Shown here: one piece after another, positions 26,901-38,475 of the stretch | How positions within the stretch are numbered: the stretch's first letter is position 1 | How the letters are laid out: every line of letters starts with the position of its first letter | Origin: Candidatus Magasanikiibacteriota bacterium | GTDB lineage: Bacteria > Patescibacteriota > Patescibacteriia > Magasanikbacterales > GWA2-37-8 | NCBI GenBank assembly: GCA_030650025.1 | Contig: JAUSEN010000025.1 | Coordinates: 601-64,600 of the forward strand | DNA: 64,000 nt | Direction: 5' to 3' | Notes under the pieces: generated by a model | Seen by the model: only the letters and a program-made list of their open reading frames with translations | Told to the model about the DNA's origin: nothing | The model's database searches: none | Position numbers and translations under genes: made by a program

Positions 26901-27890
26901 TTACACCAACAAATTCGTAATCAATTTTATCATCATGTCTTTTTCCTTCGGGTTACTTTCGGCAACCAACAACGCTAATGCCACCAGTGTAGTATCGGAA
27001 ATTTTGCGCTCACCGGTTTTGCGCCACAAATATTTATTGCGTTCCAAAAAATACACAAACAAAAGCGCGCCGGTGCGTTTATTGCCATCGGCAAAAGGGT
27101 GATCTTTAATTACGAGGTACAGCAAATTGGCAGCTTTTTCTTCGACCGAATTATAAAGCTCGACCCCGCCAAATGTTTGGTAGAGCGCACCTAAAATACT
27201 TTTAAACTTATCGCCGTATTCTTGGCCAAACAAGTCGCCGGCCTCGCCTTTTTCTATCAGCTTCAATTTTGTTTCGTCAACAAGCTTGCGAGCGATATCA
27301 TAATTGAGTATGATGCTCGGCTTTTTATTTTTCTTGAGTGCGAGCGTACCTTTGTCATATTGGTAAAACAACGACAAAGACGTGGCGTAATCTTCTATCA
27401 CACTCAACAATTCTTGAGTCTGCCCCGCAAGCTCTGGGCGAGCGGCTTTCTCGCGCATAAACACAACAGCTTTTTGAAGGTCATTTAGCCGCGTCTGTTG
27501 TTCTTGCAGGCGCTTTTGGTTAATGGTGTAACCTTGTACAAGATGGCTACGCAAAACTTTGGTGGCCCAAATACGGAATTGGCTGGCCTGTTTGGAATTT
27601 ACGCGGTAGCCAACAGAAAGAATGGCATCGAGATTATATGCCAATACTTCATAGACCTTGCCGTCTTCGGCAGTATGTGCAAATTTTGCACATACTGAAT
27701 TTTCTCTTAGCTCAGCAGAAAGAAAAATATTTTTTAAGTGTTTGCCAACAACAGATCTATCGACTCCAAAAACATCGCCGATTTGCTTTTGCGTAGCCCA
27801 AATTGTTTCCTGCTTAAAATCGCCCTTAAACTCAATCGCTCCAGTCTTAGTCTGGTACACAACAACTTCTTTTTGTTTAATTTTTTTCAT
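26901..27890 (-). CDS. Fic/DOC family protein fused to an N-terminal RhuM-like domain.
   Basis: Fic motif HPFADGNKRTGAL. The N-terminus (VVVYQTKTGAIEF..ETIWATQKQIGDVFGVDRSVVGKHLKNIF) is RhuM-like. Confidence 0.7.
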   Translation of the reverse strand: MKKIKQKEVVVYQTKTGAIEFKGDFKQETIWATQKQIGDVFGVDRSVVGKHLKNIFLSAELRENSVCAKFAHTAEDGKVYEVLAYNLDAILSVGYRVNSKQASQFRIWATKVLRSHLVQGYTINQKRLQEQQTRLNDLQKAVVFMREKAARPELAGQTQELLSVIEDYATSLSLFYQYDKGTLALKKNKKPSIILNYDIARKLVDETKLKLIEKGEAGDLFGQEYGDKFKSILGALYQTFGGVELYNSVEEKAANLLYLVIKDHPFADGNKRTGALLFVYFLERNKYLWRKTGERKISDTTLVALALLVAESNPKEKDMMIKLITNLLV

Positions 27891-27892
27891 AA

Positions 27893-29014
27893 TTAGCGCT
27901 GCTCTTTAATCCACCGCAAATACGCTTCAGAGAGCGGCAATAACTTGCCTTCTAAAACACTCTCCGGATCCGTGGATTTATATTCTGTCCGGTGGTCGTT
28001 AACCATGTGGTAAGGGTGCAAGACGTAAGAACGAATCTGGTTGCCCCACTCCGCGCTTTTCCATTCGCCGCGCAGTTCTTGCCGCGCCGCGGCCTTTTTC
28101 TCTTCTTCTAATTTAAATAATTTTGATTTTAAAATCTTCATGGCCATGTCTTTGTTTTGCGTCTGGCTCCGTTCGTTTTGGCACTGAACAGTAATATTTG
28201 TCGGTAGATGCACGATGCGGACGGCCGAATAAGTGGTGTTGACACTCTGGCCGCCTTTGCCGCCGCTCATAAAAGTGTCAATGCGCAAGTCATCGGGTTT
28301 AATTTCAAGGGTGACTGCTTCGGCAATTTCGGGAATAACTTCTACCGAAGCAAAGCTGGTGTGGCGCATTTTTTCGGCGTCAAACGGCGAGATGCGCACC
28401 AAGCGGTGCACGCCGTGCTCGCTTTTTAAATATCCATAGGCATGGCGGCCAGTAACTTCAAAAGTGATGGATTTATAACCGGCTTCTTGCCCGCGGGATT
28501 CGTCTAAAATTTTTACTGGCCAATTTTGGGATTCACAAAAACGAAAAATCATGCGCACCAGCATCTCGGCCCAATCTTGCGCCTCGGTGCCGCCGCTCCC
28601 GGCATGCACGGCCACAATCGCGCCATTCGTGTCGTACGGGCCATTTAATAACAGAACAAATTCGTAGTCGGTAAATTGCTTCTCAAGTTCGGCAGTTTGT
28701 TTGGCAATTTCTGTAATCAATGATTCGTCCCGTTGTAGGGGCGGGGTTGCCCCGCCCCTGGGCGCGGAGATCGCGCCCCTACACAATTCAATAAGATCTT
28801 GCACCTGTTTTTCTAGTTCACCCCACTTATCCACCTCTCTTTTAATATCTTGATAATCTTGCGAGATAGTCTGCGCGGTTTTAGGATCTTGCCAAAATCC
28901 AGAGCTATTCATCTCGCCCTCTAATTGTTGTAATTTTATTTTTAGCTCGGGCAATTTCAAAAGCGCGGTCGTAGCCGCGATTTTAGTTTGGAGATTATTT
29001 AAGCGATCTAACAT
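27893..29014 (-). CDS. prfB: Peptide chain release factor 2. The ORF is continuous with no programmed frameshift, and it carries an in-frame nested GC palindrome.
   Basis: SPF motif (RISPFD) and GGQ motif (GGQSVNTT). 373 aa in one frame. Confidence 0.9.
   Translation of the reverse strand: MLDRLNNLQTKIAATTALLKLPELKIKLQQLEGEMNSSGFWQDPKTAQTISQDYQDIKREVDKWGELEKQVQDLIELCRGAISAPRGGATPPLQRDESLITEIAKQTAELEKQFTDYEFVLLLNGPYDTNGAIVAVHAGSGGTEAQDWAEMLVRMIFRFCESQNWPVKILDESRGQEAGYKSITFEVTGRHAYGYLKSEHGVHRLVRISPFDAEKMRHTSFASVEVIPEIAEAVTLEIKPDDLRIDTFMSGGKGGQSVNTTYSAVRIVHLPTNITVQCQNERSQTQNKDMAMKILKSKLFKLEEEKKAAARQELRGEWKSAEWGNQIRSYVLHPYHMVNDHRTEYKSTDPESVLEGKLLPLSEAYLRWIKEQR
28731..28786. repeat. Nested GC-rich palindrome in-frame inside prfB (family 2).
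   Basis: TGTAGGGGCGGGGTTGCCCCGCCCCTGGGCGCGGAGATCGCGCCCCTACA. The outer stem encloses two inner hairpins. It encodes ISAPRGGATPPLQ. Confidence 0.6.
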
Positions 29015-29131
29015 AATTTTGATACGTCATTGCGAGGAGGGAACGAAGTGACCGACAAAGCAATCTTATCATTATTTATTGCAAGGATTGCTTCGTCAGC
29101 GCCTTAACGGCGCTTCCTCGCAATGACAACG

Positions 29132-29614
29132 CTAAAAAATTTTATCTAAACCAACAGTCAGAACTAAAATTACAACGTTATAAACCACCACCCCCGCGAA
29201 TAAATATGGCAGGGCGTGTTGTTTTTTAAAACCGAGGAGGAAGGCGATAAAAGCCGCGGTAAAAGCGCCGTTTACCGGAGTCGGGATACTTAAAAAAAGA
29301 AACAAGCCGATTAAGCCGTATTTTTCATAGCGCGCAAACTTTTTCTGGATATGATTTATAACTCGCACCCAATGCTTGCCAAATAACGCGTGCGCCGAAA
29401 CCCAAGCGTGGAATTTTTCACTAACTGACAAAATAATAAAAATTGGCACCATGTTACCGACAATAACCAACAAAAAAGCCAGCCAGATCGGTAATTTAAA
29501 AACCGCGATCGCGACCGGGAGCGCGATACGCTCAGCCACTGGAACCATTGCCATGAGAAGCGTGGCAATCTCTGGTGGAAATGCCGAAAACCAAGCTACA
29601 AAAGTTTGAGCCAT
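29132..29614 (-). CDS. Small multidrug-export-like membrane protein (PF06695-like).
   Basis: Start moved to MAQTFVAWF. About 160 aa of four-TM hydrophobic protein. A TTGTCA-17-TACACT promoter-like sequence lies upstream. Confidence 0.5.
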   Translation of the reverse strand: MAQTFVAWFSAFPPEIATLLMAMVPVAERIALPVAIAVFKLPIWLAFLLVIVGNMVPIFIILSVSEKFHAWVSAHALFGKHWVRVINHIQKKFARYEKYGLIGLFLFLSIPTPVNGAFTAAFIAFLLGFKKQHALPYLFAGVVVYNVVILVLTVGLDKIF

Positions 29615-29680
29615 ACTAACAGTAGTGTAATGTATTTTGGCTATCTTGACAATTATTGTGTTTGTTTGTGGATAAACCGC

Positions 29681-29710
29681 TTGACAATCATGCTGACTCC
29701 AAGGTATTAT
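29681..29710 (+). promoter_or_regulatory. Sigma70-like promoter (TTGACA-18-TATTAT) driving a short plus-strand transcript.
   Basis: Consensus -35 at 29681-29686 and -10 at 29705-29710. An intrinsic terminator (GAGCTCCCGCAAGGGAGTTC plus T8) lies at 29759-29786. Confidence 0.45.
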
Positions 29711-29948
29711 AGATAGCGACAAGTTTAGCAACGAGTACCAAAACTCGTACCGTTTCCAGAGCTCCCGCAAGGGAGTTCTTTTTTTTCTAGTGTTTTACTT
29801 AATGTTAATATGTGTACTATGCGGTTGCATTTTAAATAATACATTGGTATACTACGGCACGGTGGATTTGAGGGCCGAGTACGAGTGGTCTCGTAGCTAA
29901 ACTTGTCATTTTAGTTCCTGGGGATCGTAACCCCCTCGGTCCACCACC

Positions 29949-29976
29949 AAAAAATCCCGCTTTGCGGGATTTTTTG
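29949..29976. terminator. Bidirectional rho-independent terminator downstream of groEL.
   Basis: Hairpin ATCCCGC-TTTG-CGGGAT flanked by an A-run and a T-run. Confidence 0.65.
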
Positions 29977-29998
29977 ATTGATTAAAAATATTTTTGCT

Positions 29999-31654
<1,656 letters not shown>

Positions 31655-31673
31655 TTAATTATTTTTATTTAAT

Positions 31674-31985
31674 TTACTCAACCATCGCGATAACATCGCT
31701 CTTGTCTTCTTCTTTACCGACGTACAAAATCTTGTATTCCTCTTCATCCTTGCCTTTGCCGAGCTTAACTTCTTCGCCGCCCCACTTCTTATACATAACT
31801 CTATCCCCAACTTTTAAACCCATTTTTTTAACTTCTTCTCCCGTGCCAATGGCGATAACTGTGCCGTAGGCCTTTTTTTCTTTATCCATAGTTTGGGGAA
31901 GCACGATCCCCGAGGCGGTGACTGCTTCTTCTGAATCTGGCTTAACTAAAATGCGGTCCCCGAGCGGTTTGATGTTCATAGACAT
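31674..31985 (-). CDS. groES: Co-chaperonin GroES.
   Basis: 103 aa (IKPLGDRILVKP...) immediately upstream of groEL. Confidence 0.9.
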   Translation of the reverse strand: MSMNIKPLGDRILVKPDSEEAVTASGIVLPQTMDKEKKAYGTVIAIGTGEEVKKMGLKVGDRVMYKKWGGEEVKLGKGKDEEEYKILYVGKEEDKSDVIAMVE

Positions 31986-32176
31986 ATTTTTTAACTATAT
32001 AAATTGTTAGTTAAAATAAGCAAATTTAATCGACCCTTATTATCACTCCTGGTGTTTGAGTGCTAAATGTTTCTGCATTTTACAGTAATAAAAAAAACTG
32101 TCAAGAGGGGTGCCGCTAGCAATTTGTCCACAGACTTTGTATAATCATTGTATTCATTCAAACTCCTGTTATTCAT

Positions 32177-32848
32177 ATGGCTTTTAGTGAAGTTGAGGCA
32201 TTTCTTACTGGGGAACCATGGGTCCCATTTGAAAACCGGCCTAAGCTCGAATTACCTTCCCCGAGTGAGCGGCGAGCTCTTTTTGAAGAAGGACGTTTTG
32301 ATTTGGCGAATCGGGCGCGAGCTCAAATGACGCGCGGCGTTTCTTATCGCGAATTTAAAGTAGGTTGTTCAGTGCTGGCGTGGCACCCAACCGAGGGGCC
32401 AATCCTTTATGATGCCTATAATTTTAAACCAGTAAAAAAAGAGGAGAAGGGCGAAGCCAAACGTTGCGCCGAAAGAAACGCCATCCGTTTTGCAGAACAA
32501 GACGGCTGTGTTAAAATTATCGCTATCGTAACGGCTTCCCGAGAAAAGAGTGTTAGCGAGAAATATGACCACGATGTGCTGCACCCGTGCGAAGAATGCA
32601 GGTCGTTATTTAGAACTGTTCCGGCGATTGACCAAGATACGATTGTGTATAACATTCTCGATACCACGCCGCCACTACCGGACGAGGAAATAGCCCAGCA
32701 TAGAAAAGCGGTGATGGATTTTGTGGCTAGCACTTCTTTACCTCTTCCGGACAACACTATAATTCACCCGCCACTTAACACTGAATTCGATATCATGGCT
32801 GAAGAAAGAACGATGCAAGAACTGCAGGAGCTATACCGCGAAAAATAG
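32177..32848 (+). CDS. Cytidine/deoxycytidylate deaminase-family zinc-binding protein.
   Basis: CAERNAI and HPCEECRSL motifs ((C/H)AE ... PCxxC zinc ligands). Confidence 0.5.
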   Translation: MAFSEVEAFLTGEPWVPFENRPKLELPSPSERRALFEEGRFDLANRARAQMTRGVSYREFKVGCSVLAWHPTEGPILYDAYNFKPVKKEEKGEAKRCAERNAIRFAEQDGCVKIIAIVTASREKSVSEKYDHDVLHPCEECRSLFRTVPAIDQDTIVYNILDTTPPLPDEEIAQHRKAVMDFVASTSLPLPDNTIIHPPLNTEFDIMAEERTMQELQELYREK

Positions 32849-32856
32849 AAGACAGT

Positions 32857-34236
32857 TTATTCTGCGGATGATCTGCCGAGGCCAAGAGCCAAGACTCCCC
32901 ACCAGAGCATTTGGCCGGCATATAAACTCCACCAAAAATGGTCAAATAAAGCGGCTGCCAGCATGGCGGCAATAACCGCCAGCCAGAGCGGGTTTTGTTT
33001 TTTAATAAGGTTAATTATTGAGAAGCTTAAAAAAAACAGCAAAACAAAACCCAACAACCCGAGCTCGGCAAAAATTAGTAAATAAGTGTTGTGCACCTGG
33101 TCATAGGCCCAGCTAGAAAAATTTGGGTTATATTGCCGCAAGGCATATGTATAAAGCCCGGGGCCAGCGCCGAGCAGGAAATTCCGCGGAGTGGCGGATA
33201 TGAGCGCAGTCCAAGTACTTACTTGAGAAAAGCGGTCATTGATAGAACGCGCTTCGAGGGGGCCAGAGCCGGAGAGCCGCGTGGTAATAAGCGGCGAATA
33301 AATTGTGGCCAAAAGTAATGCCGTGGCGCCCAAAATAAACAAATTCCAGCGCCAAGCTATTTTTTGATATTTAACAACCTCGGGAGAATTTTGACGGCGC
33401 CAAATTATTATTCCTAAATAGACTAGGCCAGCGATTAAACCAACCCAGGCGCTCCGCGAAAAAGAAAAAAATAGGCCAGCGCTAATAAAAATTTGACCGA
33501 CCGCGAGCCCGAGCCGCTCGCGAACAGTTTTTACATGTAACGTTAAAATTACGCCTACTAAAAAGGCCGTTGCTAAAAATGCGCCCAGAATATTGGGCGA
33601 AGGAAAGGCGCCGTAAGCACGTAGCCACCTCTCGACTCCGCCTACAGCTGCGCTCGAGATGCCTACGGCACCAGTCTCAATTACGAAATCTCCTAAATTA
33701 GCGGCTGAATGCGCGGCGAGGCCAAGCCATTTGCTCGCCATCACGCTTTGCGAAAAAAATTGCCAAATAGCGAGTAACCCCTGCCCTACCCCGCCGAGCC
33801 AGAAAGCGTAAAGCGCGCGGCGATTTTCGCTTTGAGTCAAGGTTAACTCGTGAACTATAACAATTAAACACAGACCCTCCAGGACCCTAAAAATCGTATT
33901 ATACGAAATATCGGGAAACGGACTCAAGAATAGATAAAACGCCAGTAATAAAAAAATGCTGATTAAAATAATTAAGCGAGAAAAATTTTTGCTAAGATTA
34001 ATTTTTTCTAAAACTTGCGCCCAGGAGCGGCGCGAAAAAATTATCGGGAGGCCCACCCCCAAGATCACTACCCACAAAATTAATTCCGTGGCATAAAGGC
34101 TAGAGCGGCCATATTCCAGCAAACGGCCGCTAAAAAATGAGCTCTCGCTGTATATCAACCGCGTTTGCCAGGGGAGCAAAAATAAAAAGGAGTATAGAAA
34201 ATATAAAATTATTTGACGGGTTTTCGTTAGATTCAT
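32857..34236 (-). CDS. O-antigen ligase (WaaL/Wzy_C) family membrane protein.
   Basis: Polytopic (roughly 10 TM helices) with a Wzy_C-like periplasmic loop (QVHNTYLLIFAELGLLG). Confidence 0.6.
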   Translation of the reverse strand: MNLTKTRQIILYFLYSFLFLLPWQTRLIYSESSFFSGRLLEYGRSSLYATELILWVVILGVGLPIIFSRRSWAQVLEKINLSKNFSRLIILISIFLLLAFYLFLSPFPDISYNTIFRVLEGLCLIVIVHELTLTQSENRRALYAFWLGGVGQGLLAIWQFFSQSVMASKWLGLAAHSAANLGDFVIETGAVGISSAAVGGVERWLRAYGAFPSPNILGAFLATAFLVGVILTLHVKTVRERLGLAVGQIFISAGLFFSFSRSAWVGLIAGLVYLGIIIWRRQNSPEVVKYQKIAWRWNLFILGATALLLATIYSPLITTRLSGSGPLEARSINDRFSQVSTWTALISATPRNFLLGAGPGLYTYALRQYNPNFSSWAYDQVHNTYLLIFAELGLLGFVLLFFLSFSIINLIKKQNPLWLAVIAAMLAAALFDHFWWSLYAGQMLWWGVLALGLGRSSAE

Positions 34237-34351
34237 ATTTTCGAGCTAGTACAATTGACAAGTATTTTTTCGCTTTTCTCGTGCGCGAGCACTCGAGGCG
34301 ACCCGCCTTGGGCGGGTCAAACCCGCTCGAAAACTCTCATCGCCTTAATAC

Positions 34352-35278
34352 TCAAATTAACAAATCGCCACATTTGGCCAGCCATTTATCGCGCAGAACG
34401 CGGCGGAGGTCGTGCTCGTGAAATTTCAAAATACCATCGGCGATGATAACGTTTTTATCGGGTTTTTTGGCGGCATCTTTGAGAGCGTAAGATAATTTCA
34501 TCAGCTGGATTTTTTTGGTGTCATTTTCAATAATGTTACCATAACTTCCGCGCCACATGGGCTCGGCCAGACGCTGCCACAACCCTGGTTTGCCAAGAGC
34601 GGGCGGCAGGATGGCGCCTTTGGCGTTGGGTAAAAACTTATCTAGCCAGCGGTTGGTTTTTAAAATTTGGGCGTAAAAAGCTTCGGGGTCAAAGAGCGGA
34701 ATAAGGGTAAGCGCCCAGTATGCCAAGTAAACGTCGTCTGGCGCAATGGCGAGAGGAGATAAATCCAAATGTTTGGAATCCAAAAAAAATGACAGGCAAA
34801 TTTTATTGGCCGAATGTAATTTGCCAATGCGCTGGAGAGTCAATTTTAAAATTAGGTTGGCAAAAAAGCGCGCTACCCAAATGCGCCCCGGAACGGTGAT
34901 GATAAACAGATCAATATCGCTCTTTTCGCGGGGCGAACCGAATGCTACCGAATTGCAAACAAAGACCGCTTTAATAAAAGGGACTTGGCGGAGCCACTTG
35001 ACCGCGGCCCTAGCCCTTTTAATTTTTTGGTCGCTGATGGCCACGCGCCGCCGGCGTTCCTCGACTATTGTTTCTCGGCCGCTTAAAAAATAATAACCGA
35101 ATTTATTGCCAATTTTCTCCGGCGGCAGATTGTCTAATATATTTTCCAATTCTAGTTTGCCGGCAGAGGGCGGCGACCAAGCGTAGCGAAAAATTTCTTC
35201 CCTGGTTAAGGGCAGATCGAATAAATCAAAAAAACTCAAGGCCCTAATAATTGACTCTAAAAAAACACCTTGGTTCAT
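34352..35278 (-). CDS. Nucleotidyltransferase-fold hypothetical protein.
   Basis: Pol-beta-type NTase motif (GSPREKSDIDLFIIT). Confidence 0.4.
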   Translation of the reverse strand: MNQGVFLESIIRALSFFDLFDLPLTREEIFRYAWSPPSAGKLELENILDNLPPEKIGNKFGYYFLSGRETIVEERRRRVAISDQKIKRARAAVKWLRQVPFIKAVFVCNSVAFGSPREKSDIDLFIITVPGRIWVARFFANLILKLTLQRIGKLHSANKICLSFFLDSKHLDLSPLAIAPDDVYLAYWALTLIPLFDPEAFYAQILKTNRWLDKFLPNAKGAILPPALGKPGLWQRLAEPMWRGSYGNIIENDTKKIQLMKLSYALKDAAKKPDKNVIIADGILKFHEHDLRRVLRDKWLAKCGDLLI

Positions 35279-35283
35279 AGTTC

Positions 35284-35991
35284 TTAGGTCGAAGGAGTTT
35301 CACCTTTGTCTGCTATTTCCGCTTCCTCGGAATTAAGCAAAAATACAAACTCTTCGCCGCCTATCATAACCTTCCAGCCAAAAAAATCACCGTCGCCGTG
35401 GCCCGGAGTAGCTTCTTTGGTATGGTAAATATCATCAACTTTTACTCTTTCTAAACCTCTAAGGGGGCCAAAAATTCGGCGTAAATTTTCCTGCCTGGTT
35501 CCCTGCTCAATCAAAAAGTAACGATCGGCGTGCTGCACTCCGGCAATGTTTTCTAGTTCCGATGGGAGTTCAGTATTAGTTACTACTGCTAGGCGATCGC
35601 TGTTATTAATAAACAGGTTGGCAATGGCCATATTACTGCGCAGTTCAAATTGAGTTTGCTCTCTGGCGGTTTTCCCAATAGCGGTTAAATCGGCAACGTC
35701 CACTTCTGAATTCTCCCCGCTCTCAAGCAAAGAATCTTTAATTTTAGCAACAGCCGCGCTTTCTGTCTGCTGGCGGAGAGCATCGAGTTTCGGAGAGATA
35801 TCTCGTTCCCAGCTAAATTCGCGTGTGGTTAATGCCGCGCCGTTGGGACCTAAAAAATGGCGATACCGATCGGAGCGAAAACGAGCCACGTGCTCTAGGT
35901 TTACCCCCGGAATTCCTCTCCAATCCCCGCCGTGCCTCGCTTCCCCCTCCGGCCGCGGTCCACCTCGCTCCATAGAATTAGCGTTACTCAT
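35284..35991 (-). CDS. Hypothetical protein.
   Basis: 235-aa ORF, co-directional and tightly spaced. No recognisable motif. Confidence 0.4.
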   Translation of the reverse strand: MSNANSMERGGPRPEGEARHGGDWRGIPGVNLEHVARFRSDRYRHFLGPNGAALTTREFSWERDISPKLDALRQQTESAAVAKIKDSLLESGENSEVDVADLTAIGKTAREQTQFELRSNMAIANLFINNSDRLAVVTNTELPSELENIAGVQHADRYFLIEQGTRQENLRRIFGPLRGLERVKVDDIYHTKEATPGHGDGDFFGWKVMIGGEEFVFLLNSEEAEIADKGETPST

Positions 35992-35995
35992 AGAT

Positions 35996-36304
35996 TTATT
36001 TTTCTTCCGCCATAGAAGCGGCGCCTCCCAAGGCGGATTGTGAAGCCAGGTTTTTAACTACCGAAGAGCGCGTGCCAGGCTCTGCCAGCGAGGCGTCGTA
36101 TACAATTAAACGATCGGCTAATATTTGTTTAACTTGATTGGGTTTTATCAATTTTTCACCACCCGCAAAAAACCCGACCCGCACCAGATAAGCATTGATC
36201 GCGTGCGCCTCGCAATCGAGCGTGGCATCAACTACTTTACCGATCTTAACGCCAGACTCTGTCACAACCGGAAGCCCCAAAAGGTTGCGGAGAGTGATTT
36301 GCAT
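35996..36304 (-). CDS. PRC-barrel domain protein.
   Basis: 102 aa; LGLPVVTESGVKIGKVVDATLD is PRC-barrel-like. Confidence 0.4.
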   Translation of the reverse strand: MQITLRNLLGLPVVTESGVKIGKVVDATLDCEAHAINAYLVRVGFFAGGEKLIKPNQVKQILADRLIVYDASLAEPGTRSSVVKNLASQSALGGAASMAEEK

Positions 36305-36313
36305 ACTAAATCT

Positions 36314-37096
36314 CTATTTTTTAATCTCGAGCGCGGTCGCGGGCACATCCGAAACTACTGAAACTGCTAAGGCTTTATTTTTTTGTCGCGAAAAAAGAAT
36401 CATTTGTTGGGCGACCATTAAGGCCGTGCTAAAAAACCAATAAAGCGTAAGGCCGGCCTGAAGCTTCATACCGATAATCACAGTCATAGCAGGCATGAGA
36501 TATAACATTTGTTTGTTCATCATGGCCATCATGTTCTCGTCTTTGCCGCCAGCTCCAGCGGCCGGCGGGGAGGGTTTCCGAATCATCATTTTGGCTTGCC
36601 AGAATTGAGCGGCGCCAGCGAGCACCGCGAGCGCGATACTAGGTTTGGCGAGATCAAAAAAACCCAGAGACATTTGTTTGATTACTTCGGGATTATGCAC
36701 AAACGGATACAAATTGGCCGCGAGGTTTTGGCCAGCGAGCCCATCGCGCAACACCAAGTACAGCGCGATCAAGATCGGCAGTTGGATTAAAATAGGCAAA
36801 CAGCTCGTGAGCGGGTTGACCTTGTGCTCTTTGTAAAGCTTCATGGTCTCTTGCGCTAGGCGCTGTTGATCGGAGCCAAACTCTTTTTTAAGCGCGTCCA
36901 TTTTGGGCTGGAGCTCTTGCATGGATTTTTGCGCTTTAATCGACGAGTTGGTGAGCGGGTACAAAACTAACCGGATAATTATCGTGATAACCAAAATTAC
37001 AATGCCAACATCGTGCCCGGGAATAATATTATAGAGTACGACAAAAGCATTAAAAATCGGTTTATACAAAATTGCGTTAAATAAAGCCATGAACAT
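36314..37096 (-). CDS. yidC: Membrane protein insertase YidC (short form).
   Basis: YidC/Oxa1 core with conserved helices (LYPLT....Q..M..LQPKM..LK). Confidence 0.85.
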   Translation of the reverse strand: MFMALFNAILYKPIFNAFVVLYNIIPGHDVGIVILVITIIIRLVLYPLTNSSIKAQKSMQELQPKMDALKKEFGSDQQRLAQETMKLYKEHKVNPLTSCLPILIQLPILIALYLVLRDGLAGQNLAANLYPFVHNPEVIKQMSLGFFDLAKPSIALAVLAGAAQFWQAKMMIRKPSPPAAGAGGKDENMMAMMNKQMLYLMPAMTVIIGMKLQAGLTLYWFFSTALMVAQQMILFSRQKNKALAVSVVSDVPATALEIKK

Positions 37097-37105
37097 AATA
37101 ATTTA

Positions 37106-38362
37106 TTATTCGGATTTAGACTCTTCGGATTTAACTTCGGAAGTAGCGTCTGCGGTTGGGGCAACGCTCTCTTCGACCGGAGCCACAACTTCTGGCGGCG
37201 CGCCCGCTTGCAGAACGTTAATGCGCCAGCCCGTGAGCTCCGAAGCCAAGCGCACATTTTGGCCATTGCGGCCAATGGACAGCGAGTATTGCTCGGGGGC
37301 AACGGTAACATTGGCGGACTTTCCTTCTTCGTTGAGTTCCACGTCCACTACTTTGGCGGGAGAGAGCGCGTGCATAACATATTCGCGCTGGTCCTCGCTC
37401 CAAAGGACAATATCGATTTTCTCGCCGCCTAATTCTTCGATAATCGTATTAATGCGGCCGCCGCGCTGTCCAATGCAAGAACCGATGGGGTCAATTTGGG
37501 GGTCAGTAGCAAACACGGCCACTTTGCTGCGCCAGCCGGCATCGCGGGCAATGCCTTTGATTTCAATCTTACCATCCTGCAGTTCAGGAATTTCTTGCTT
37601 AAAAATTTCGGCTACCATGCCGGTATGGGCGCGCGAGAGAATAATTTCCGGGCCGCGCGCGGTCATCTCAACGGCGATAACATAAAACTTCAGGCGGGCG
37701 CCGGGGCGGTAGTGCTCGTTATAAATGGCCTGATCGCCCGGCATGATGCCGGTGACTTTGCCTAAATCCACTAAAACTTTGCGGCCTTCGGCGCGCTGGA
37801 CAGTGCCCATAATAATCTGGCCTTCTTGACCTTTAAAATCGCCAAACACCATAGTGCGCTCGGCCTCGCGCACTTTTTGAATAATCACCTGTTTGGCGGT
37901 TTGCGCGGCCATGCGCCCAAAAGCATGCGGGATCTCAAGCGGAATCTCCAAGACTTCGGTGATCTTAGCGTTCTTTTTGAAGCCCTTAGCCTCGGAGAGC
38001 ATGACTTCGGTCTTGGGGTTGAAGCGCGGCAGATCCGCGGTTTCTTCTTCGGTTAACTCGCGATCTTCTTCTCTGGCCTTTTCCCGGCGCGCCGAGAGTT
38101 CTTCTTGGGCCTTCTCTAAAGTATCGGGGTCGATATCATCCACCACGGTTTTAATGTCCCAAGCCTGCATATCGCCCGTGTCGGGGTCGAATTTTACTTT
38201 AATGTTTTGCTGTTTGTTGCCAAAATCTTTGCGATAGGCGGCGGCAAGGGCGGCTTCGATAGTTTCCATGACGGCTTCGTAAGACAAATTTTTTTCATCG
38301 CAGAGCGACTGAATGGCTTTAGTAATTTCGGACATAAGAATTTGCGGACAAATTCTCTCCAC
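37106..38362 (-). CDS. nusA: Transcription termination/antitermination factor NusA.
   Basis: N-terminal domain plus S1 and KH domains, with an acidic C-terminal tail. Confidence 0.9.
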   Translation of the reverse strand: MERICPQILMSEITKAIQSLCDEKNLSYEAVMETIEAALAAAYRKDFGNKQQNIKVKFDPDTGDMQAWDIKTVVDDIDPDTLEKAQEELSARREKAREEDRELTEEETADLPRFNPKTEVMLSEAKGFKKNAKITEVLEIPLEIPHAFGRMAAQTAKQVIIQKVREAERTMVFGDFKGQEGQIIMGTVQRAEGRKVLVDLGKVTGIMPGDQAIYNEHYRPGARLKFYVIAVEMTARGPEIILSRAHTGMVAEIFKQEIPELQDGKIEIKGIARDAGWRSKVAVFATDPQIDPIGSCIGQRGGRINTIIEELGGEKIDIVLWSEDQREYVMHALSPAKVVDVELNEEGKSANVTVAPEQYSLSIGRNGQNVRLASELTGWRINVLQAGAPPEVVAPVEESVAPTADATSEVKSEESKSE

Positions 38363-38475
38363 TCGCGTGGAGCGATTTATCCATTAGTTAACGTGGCAAT
38401 ATTATACCACAAAATAATTAAACAAAAAAGCGACTGTGTTAACAGTTGCTTTATAATGAGTTTACTATAACAGGT

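Noticed and set aside
27893-29014. Programmed +1 frameshift in prfB.
   Set aside because: The RF2 reading frame is continuous from Met to stop (373 aa), with no in-frame UGA near codon 25.
29866-29950. Possible tRNA in the groEL-adjacent intergenic region, given the terminal CCACCA and a T-loop-like GGGGATCGTAACCCC.
   Set aside because: No acceptor stem complementary to the 3' end and no D/anticodon arm geometry. It fits a bulged long hairpin, not a cloverleaf.
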